Origin: Paraphysomonas bandaiensis
Taxonomy: Eukaryota; Protista; Chrysophyceae
DNA length: 13,304 bases
Reading direction: 5' to 3'
NCBI GenBank assembly: GCA_965644295.1
Contig: CBFFRP010000055.1
Coordinates: forward strand, 1-13,304
Every line of letters begins with the position of its first letter. Position 1 is the stretch's first letter. Below, one piece after another: positions 8,585 through 13,304 of the stretch. The notes beneath the pieces are model-generated. The model worked only from the letters and a program-made list of their open reading frames with translations, ran no database searches and was not told the origin of the DNA. Made by a program: the position numbers and the translations under genes.

Positions 8585-8903
8585 TGTTGAGTTCTGCTAT
8601 ATGAGAGCAATTGAAAGCTGTAGTTATAAGGTATTTAAATTACTGTATTATACAGTTGTAGTCTTGTTAATCGTATTGTGAGAATGAATGACGATAAGCA
8701 TATAGCGGTAAAACGGAATATTGTGACGATGCAAGTTGTAGTGACGATGTAAGATCGTCGTACGAGAATTGAGTGGTAGTGGAGACAACATGATATTGAT
8801 GAATGATAAGAGATATTGATTATAATTTATAATTCTCAGCATTGAGTATAAGTTACCTTCTGTTGTTAAGTTAATACTTCTCATATTATGTCAAACCTTG
8901 ACA
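8585..8903 (+). repeat. 3' LTR, complete (319 bp)
   Basis: Starts TGTTGAG after the PPT, ends CTTGACA and is followed by the TSD TACGG. Confidence 0.92.
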
Positions 8904-8908
8904 TACGG
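8904..8908. repeat. Right 5-bp target-site duplication (TACGG)
   Basis: Matches 4289-4293. Confidence 0.9.
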
Positions 8909-9511
8909 CTCTACCAGGTTCTGTGGTACAGGGTTTTGCATTAATGTCCGAAGTGTACCAAGTACTAGTTGGGTGTTCTGTGAGGGGAGTGGAGTGGTGG
9001 AGGGTGTCGTTGTTTCCTTGCATCGCTTGGGCGCCAGGCATAGGTGTAGTTGCCGGAGACAGCGTCTTTGTCGAGGACCAGATGTTTTCAAGCAGTCCGG
9101 TGCTTTATTCCTGCGTGCATGAGTGGTGGTGCATGTGGTTGCAGTGGATGGTAGTCCCGTCTCTGGTCGTCTTTGGACTCCTAGTAATCGTAGCACCATT
9201 GGGCGTTTCCATTTCCGTTTGTGTTGCGGGCGCGGTCGCGGGAGTAACCTAGGGGGTCCTTTGTGTGAGGTAATGTATCGTCGACTTCGGTCCTGAATCA
9301 TTAATTTAGCGGCGTCGAAGAGCGGTTGAAGCAAGCTGATGACCGCTGTTTCGAGATTGCGCAGACCTTGGGTTGTCAAGGGCTGATGGTATGCAAAACT
9401 TAGGTTTTGAAGCCTAAGATCACTGAAAAGAAATGCGCTTGTTTGTCGAAACAAGAAAACAGAATGCTTATTTATCACAGCCAGAAATACAAGCTCCCAA
9501 GTATCTCGCAA
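8909..9511 (-). mobile_element. Body of unclassified element copy A (5' boundary not determined)
   Basis: The minus-strand open frame from 9511 continues across the empty Copia site to the TGA at 4252-4254, giving ...QNLVEPYPKGRPPDITRQ*, which parallels copy B RVESHPKRRPPDHTRR*. The sense strand is C/A-rich, as in copy B. Confidence 0.55.
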
Positions 9512-10453
9512 CCTTAAGCTCCCAAAAGGCAGATCGATTAACTTAGCTTTGATTAGTTAGATAAAGAGAGAGAGTAAGAAGAAGACAACAAGACAGACAG
9601 ACCCCTAGTCTAAAGACTCCTCCTCATACACAGGACATTGTGAATGCAACCACAACCATACAATATGCTCATACATGTACTACACTACATACGATTCATA
9701 TACTACATCGTTTATAGTCAAAAACGCCCTGAAATACGCCTAAATAGGTCTTTTCCAAAAACCTCCGGTTTTTGAGTCCCAAAAACCCAAAAATCCCCAA
9801 TTTTTGAGAATTGCAGAAAATCGCCGTACTATTCCAAATACAGTGTACTCTACTCATACAGAAAATCCTATATAAATACCGCAATACTACCGTGAAAACA
9901 CAATCGCCAACTCATGCATAATACCGACAAAATGCAATCGGGTTCAAAAGCTTACAATCGAACGGTTAAATATCATTTCCTTGCAAGAGTGTGTACTTTA
10001 GACTGGACCATACAAATACACTCATATTCAGATCACTAACATGCCCATGACACCTCTGCATCTGCGTCCAATGGCACCCTACGAATTCCTCCCCATTCAG
10101 GAGAAAATCGATGGTGTGTGATAATGGGAAAATAATCGTATATCATAGTCCGGAACGATGAGCAAGCACATAGAGCTGTTCAAAAACATCATAAGACTTC
10201 TCATATCGATGGGTGGACTACGAATATCGCACATGCGGTACCAATCAATGCTTCCTAACCCAAAACGCTATGACACCGACTACCGTATGGATATAGGCGT
10301 AAACCGACGGGTAGCTATCGCGTAGACCAAAGAAAAACGTGTGTTCGAGGGTAAATCCTAGTAGTCTCTGCTGTCTTACTCTCCTAATAATAATCTGTCT
10401 TTTGTTGTCAATCTCATACAAAACCAGCTACATATACCCTACATATTATGTTA

Positions 10454-13231
10454 TCATATCGTTATTGCAGTAATATAGTTATCAATATTATTATGATGAT
10501 GTAAAAAAACGTGTAGAAGGGTGTTATAAAAGCCCACGGCTTTACAATGGATGTGATCTCCAAAAATCGTCTCTAGTTGTGCAGTGGTGATGGTACCTGT
10601 CCAGTATCTTTCCACCTGTGGCACGGAAGGATTCCAGGCCCGGTTGGAGAGTCTCTTTAGCACATTGGTGGTCCAATGGGGTAAAACCGAATTTCTCAGT
10701 ACCTCTTGAAGCGCGTTTTTGTGGTTGTGAAATGCCGATTCCCTTATTTGAGTGATGGCGTCATATGTGCAGTCTAGGCACATGTGCTTGAGGGAGTCCA
10801 ATCTAAAGCCGCGGTCAGAACAGACGGCTTTGGTCAGGTCTAGTCCGTGTTTAGTTTTAGCCCGGTTTCGACCTATACTGAAGGATTTGTCCCATGTCAC
10901 TCGTTGGCGTAGGTGGGAGCTATCTTTTTCCTTTGTTGAACCACCACCTGCTTGCACCAGTTTGCGCGGGAGTAGTGCTCCACTGTCTGTCCAGTATCTG
11001 GGTGCCCTGTCGGGATTGTGACCGTAGTGTTGATCTCTGTATGCAGTGTAGAACTCCAGCGTCCGTTGTCTGCGGAGGGACTAGAAGTCTGTTAGCAGGG
11101 GGCTCGTACGAAATGGCCGTCGTTCCCCCGAAATGCGCCAGTGCCATAAGCCCGCGGTGAGTATTCGCTCGATGGCTTGGTCTACTTATATGTTACAAAC
11201 AGTGTTGTTTTGTCTTCCCAGTAGACGATCAACCTCAAGCCAGTCTTCTCCAGCTATTGCGTCTGCAAGGTATATACCTTTGTCTTCATATGTCCATTCA
11301 GATTCGTCGGTGGTGCGTCTTTCCGGGTGTGATCGAACCCATGCTACTTTCCTAGTGCAATCTGTGATTGCTGCAATGCTTTCGAGCAGGACTCCCTTGG
11401 CACGATGGCCTAGGGCTCGTCGTCTGGTGGAAAGTGCCTCTTCCGTGCGCGGATGCAAACGGCTTTACAGTCTGTGTTAATCGGCACATGTGCATGGATC
11501 CGCGCCGATAGTATAAGTGCCATTGCAGCGCCCATAAGCTCGTACGCATACGGTCCAAGTCCAGGTACATCGCTGAAAGGTGTCTCTAAGCGCAGGATTT
11601 TTGTAGTGCCGGTCTGCCATTCGTCCTCCGGGGTTAGCCAGACAACCGCCGCTCCTCCATGATGTGCCCATCTTAGACGTGAGGGCACATGGGTGATGCG
11701 GCGCGGGGAGATGGCTGCAGGCGTGTATGATCCGTCTGTAAAGATTGCTTGGTAGGTATCAGAGTCGGCATCATCAAGTTGTAATGTGCGTATGATGTTG
11801 GTCATAGTGTGGGCATCTTCAGGTTCAGGGGGTAGAGGTCGTTGGAGTGTGATGCCGACCTCAGCACCCCATTCCCTTAAACTTAAGGCAAAGTGGTGGT
11901 AGTCTGGGTGCGGAGCAATTGTCTGTGTAAGGAGGAAATGCGCTGCGTCACCTGCATCCCCTCCGAGTGTTAGAGCACGTTGTAGGGAGCCCCATTTTTG
12001 TTCTTGAGCAGAGTCTGAGAAGCGTTTCATTCCTAGTTCATTATGCTTGAGGGATAGATAGATCAATTCCGTAGGGTATCCAGGACCTAGGCTTAGCGCT
12101 TTCCTGTAGAGATGTGCGCAGGTGGAGTCAATGTCCTTGTACCATTGTAGAGGCCAAGAGGCTTTGGTAGCCTTGTACAGTAGTGTGGGTATGATTTGGG
12201 TTTCGATAACCATGACTTTTTTGCAACCAGTTGAGGCCTGCTTGATTCCGAAGTGGGTGCCTGCTGCCTTCAGGTATTGTGTACACACCAGTTATATAGG
12301 AGTCCATGTCGGTGGGTGTCAGGGGTAGATCAGCTCCCAGATAGTGTATCGACGCATAAGTCGTTTGAATTGGTACAGCTTGAGGTTTCCATTGCCAGTC
12401 ATATAAGGTGATGTGATTGGGGTGTTTAGCCAGAGGGAGCGGTTCCTGTAGTCTCGGGAACTCAGTGCAAATTACTTTGGGCACAGAGAGTTCCGTACCC
12501 GAGAAGGTGCAGAACACTGACATTCGTACCGCCGTGTCCTGTGCTTGAGTGACAGATGCATTGATTGTGGTGATGTCATCCGCGAAAGAGACTTTTTTCT
12601 CAGAGGTTGGGGTCTGGGTGAGCAGTGGTGCTGGTGTGAGACAGATTGCTCTAAGATCTATGTCAAGCCATGTGAGAAGTATATCGTGTAGCGCTACCCA
12701 GGCACATGTGGATTCAGTGCCTCCTTGTGTTATACCTCTTGCGGCCTCAAAACCTAGGACGAAGTGGGCAATGAAGTGTCCGTCAGCAGCTAAAAGTTCT
12801 GCCAGAGAACGTGGTTCAATGTTATTCGCCATGAACGGAGTCCATGGGAATGTGAGACCACCGGCGTCTAAATTGCTAAACCATTCAACCACCGCCTTGG
12901 GAACCCCTAGTCTTGCCCATGCTAGTTTCATGAGGTTGGGTGTAATGGAATCGAAGGCGTTTTTGAAGTCCCAGAGTGTACATATGTGTTGTGCATCGTT
13001 CCGTCTGGCTGACTGGGAGGCTGCAAGTACCCGTAAGATGGCCGTATCAGTACCATTTCTCCATCGATATCCATGTTGGGATGGGTGTAGAACCTTCTGT
13101 TCCTCCCAGACTGTGAGTATCCTGTGGGAGATTTTCCGCGTTAGGATTTTCCGCGATATTTCCAGCAGTCCAATTGGTCTAAGGTTGGAGAGTGAGGGTT
13201 CTCCTGGTTTCTTATTGATATCCCTCCTAAT
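10454..13231 (-). mobile_element. Degenerate non-LTR (LINE-like) retrotransposon: RT - RNase H - CCHC-like zinc finger
   Basis: Manual translation from 13231: LRPIGLLEISRKI, HPSQHGYR..GT, WDFKNAFDSI, RGITQGG, SFADD, HYLG (non-LTR RT). RNase H: FTDGS, AYELMG, NTDC, WVRSH...GIYLADAIA. Zinc knuckle: CSDRGFRLDSLKHMCLDC, with the second Cys changed to Arg. Frameshifts near 12290 and 11450, plus in-frame stops at 11186 and ~11082. Confidence 0.9.
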
Positions 13232-13304
13232 TCAAGAACCATTGTGGCAACCATGTGCGAAAGAATTGCGGAGGGGTGGACGGAAGCTGACATGCAGAAA
13301 CCAT

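Larger units (their letters stand above)
4294..8903 (+). mobile_element. Ty1/Copia LTR retrotransposon, internally deleted and non-autonomous
   Basis: TG...CA termini, 5-bp TSD, two LTR copies, PPT, and integrase tail - RT - RNase H in Copia domain order. gag, protease, integrase core and PBS are absent. Confidence 0.95.

Noticed and set aside
10020-10350. Possible decayed coding sequence on either strand
   Set aside because: Multiple in-frame stops in both candidate frames and no recognisable motif.
9661-10450. Candidate right-hand TSD / 5' boundary for element copy A
   Set aside because: No exact repeat of the left flank (TTGCATACTATGT) was found, only weak AT-rich partial matches.
10752-12328. 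Plus-strand ORFs overlapping the LINE (and minus-strand ORFs over the gene and Copia pol)
   Set aside because: Shadow frames opposite well-supported coding sequence, with no motifs of their own.
1-13304. CRISPR array, tRNA or rRNA genes
   Set aside because: No regularly spaced repeat-spacer series and no tRNA or rRNA signatures were seen. All long repeats are explained by LTRs, TSDs or the A/B element ends.

Overview
Eukaryotic DNA: short 40-52 nt GT-AG introns, LTR and non-LTR retroelements, and TTAGGG repeats. It is probably from a protist, but the lineage cannot be fixed from this window. Left part: an unknown minus-strand gene lies head-to-head with an intact 9-exon gene (1257-3689, 684 aa after splicing). 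That gene encodes a CHAT caspase-like protease, a STAND/NB-ARC-like NTPase and a STAT-type linker-SH2 module, i.e. an NLR-like protein with SH2 in the sensor position and a non-canonical phosphotyrosine pocket. Right part: a transposon nest. A Ty1/Copia element (4294-8903, TACGG target-site duplication) has lost the end of its 5' LTR through most of integrase, and the junction is filled with (TTAGGG)3TTA. The Copia sits inside one copy (A, minus strand) of an unclassified element and carries a second, inverted, divergent copy (B, 5833-7436, 13-bp duplication) inside its RT. A and B share only a C-terminal PKxRPPD peptide and a ~280-bp 3' end with a 74-bp near-invariant structured core. A degenerate RT-RNase H-CCHC non-LTR retrotransposon occupies 10454-13231 on the minus strand.
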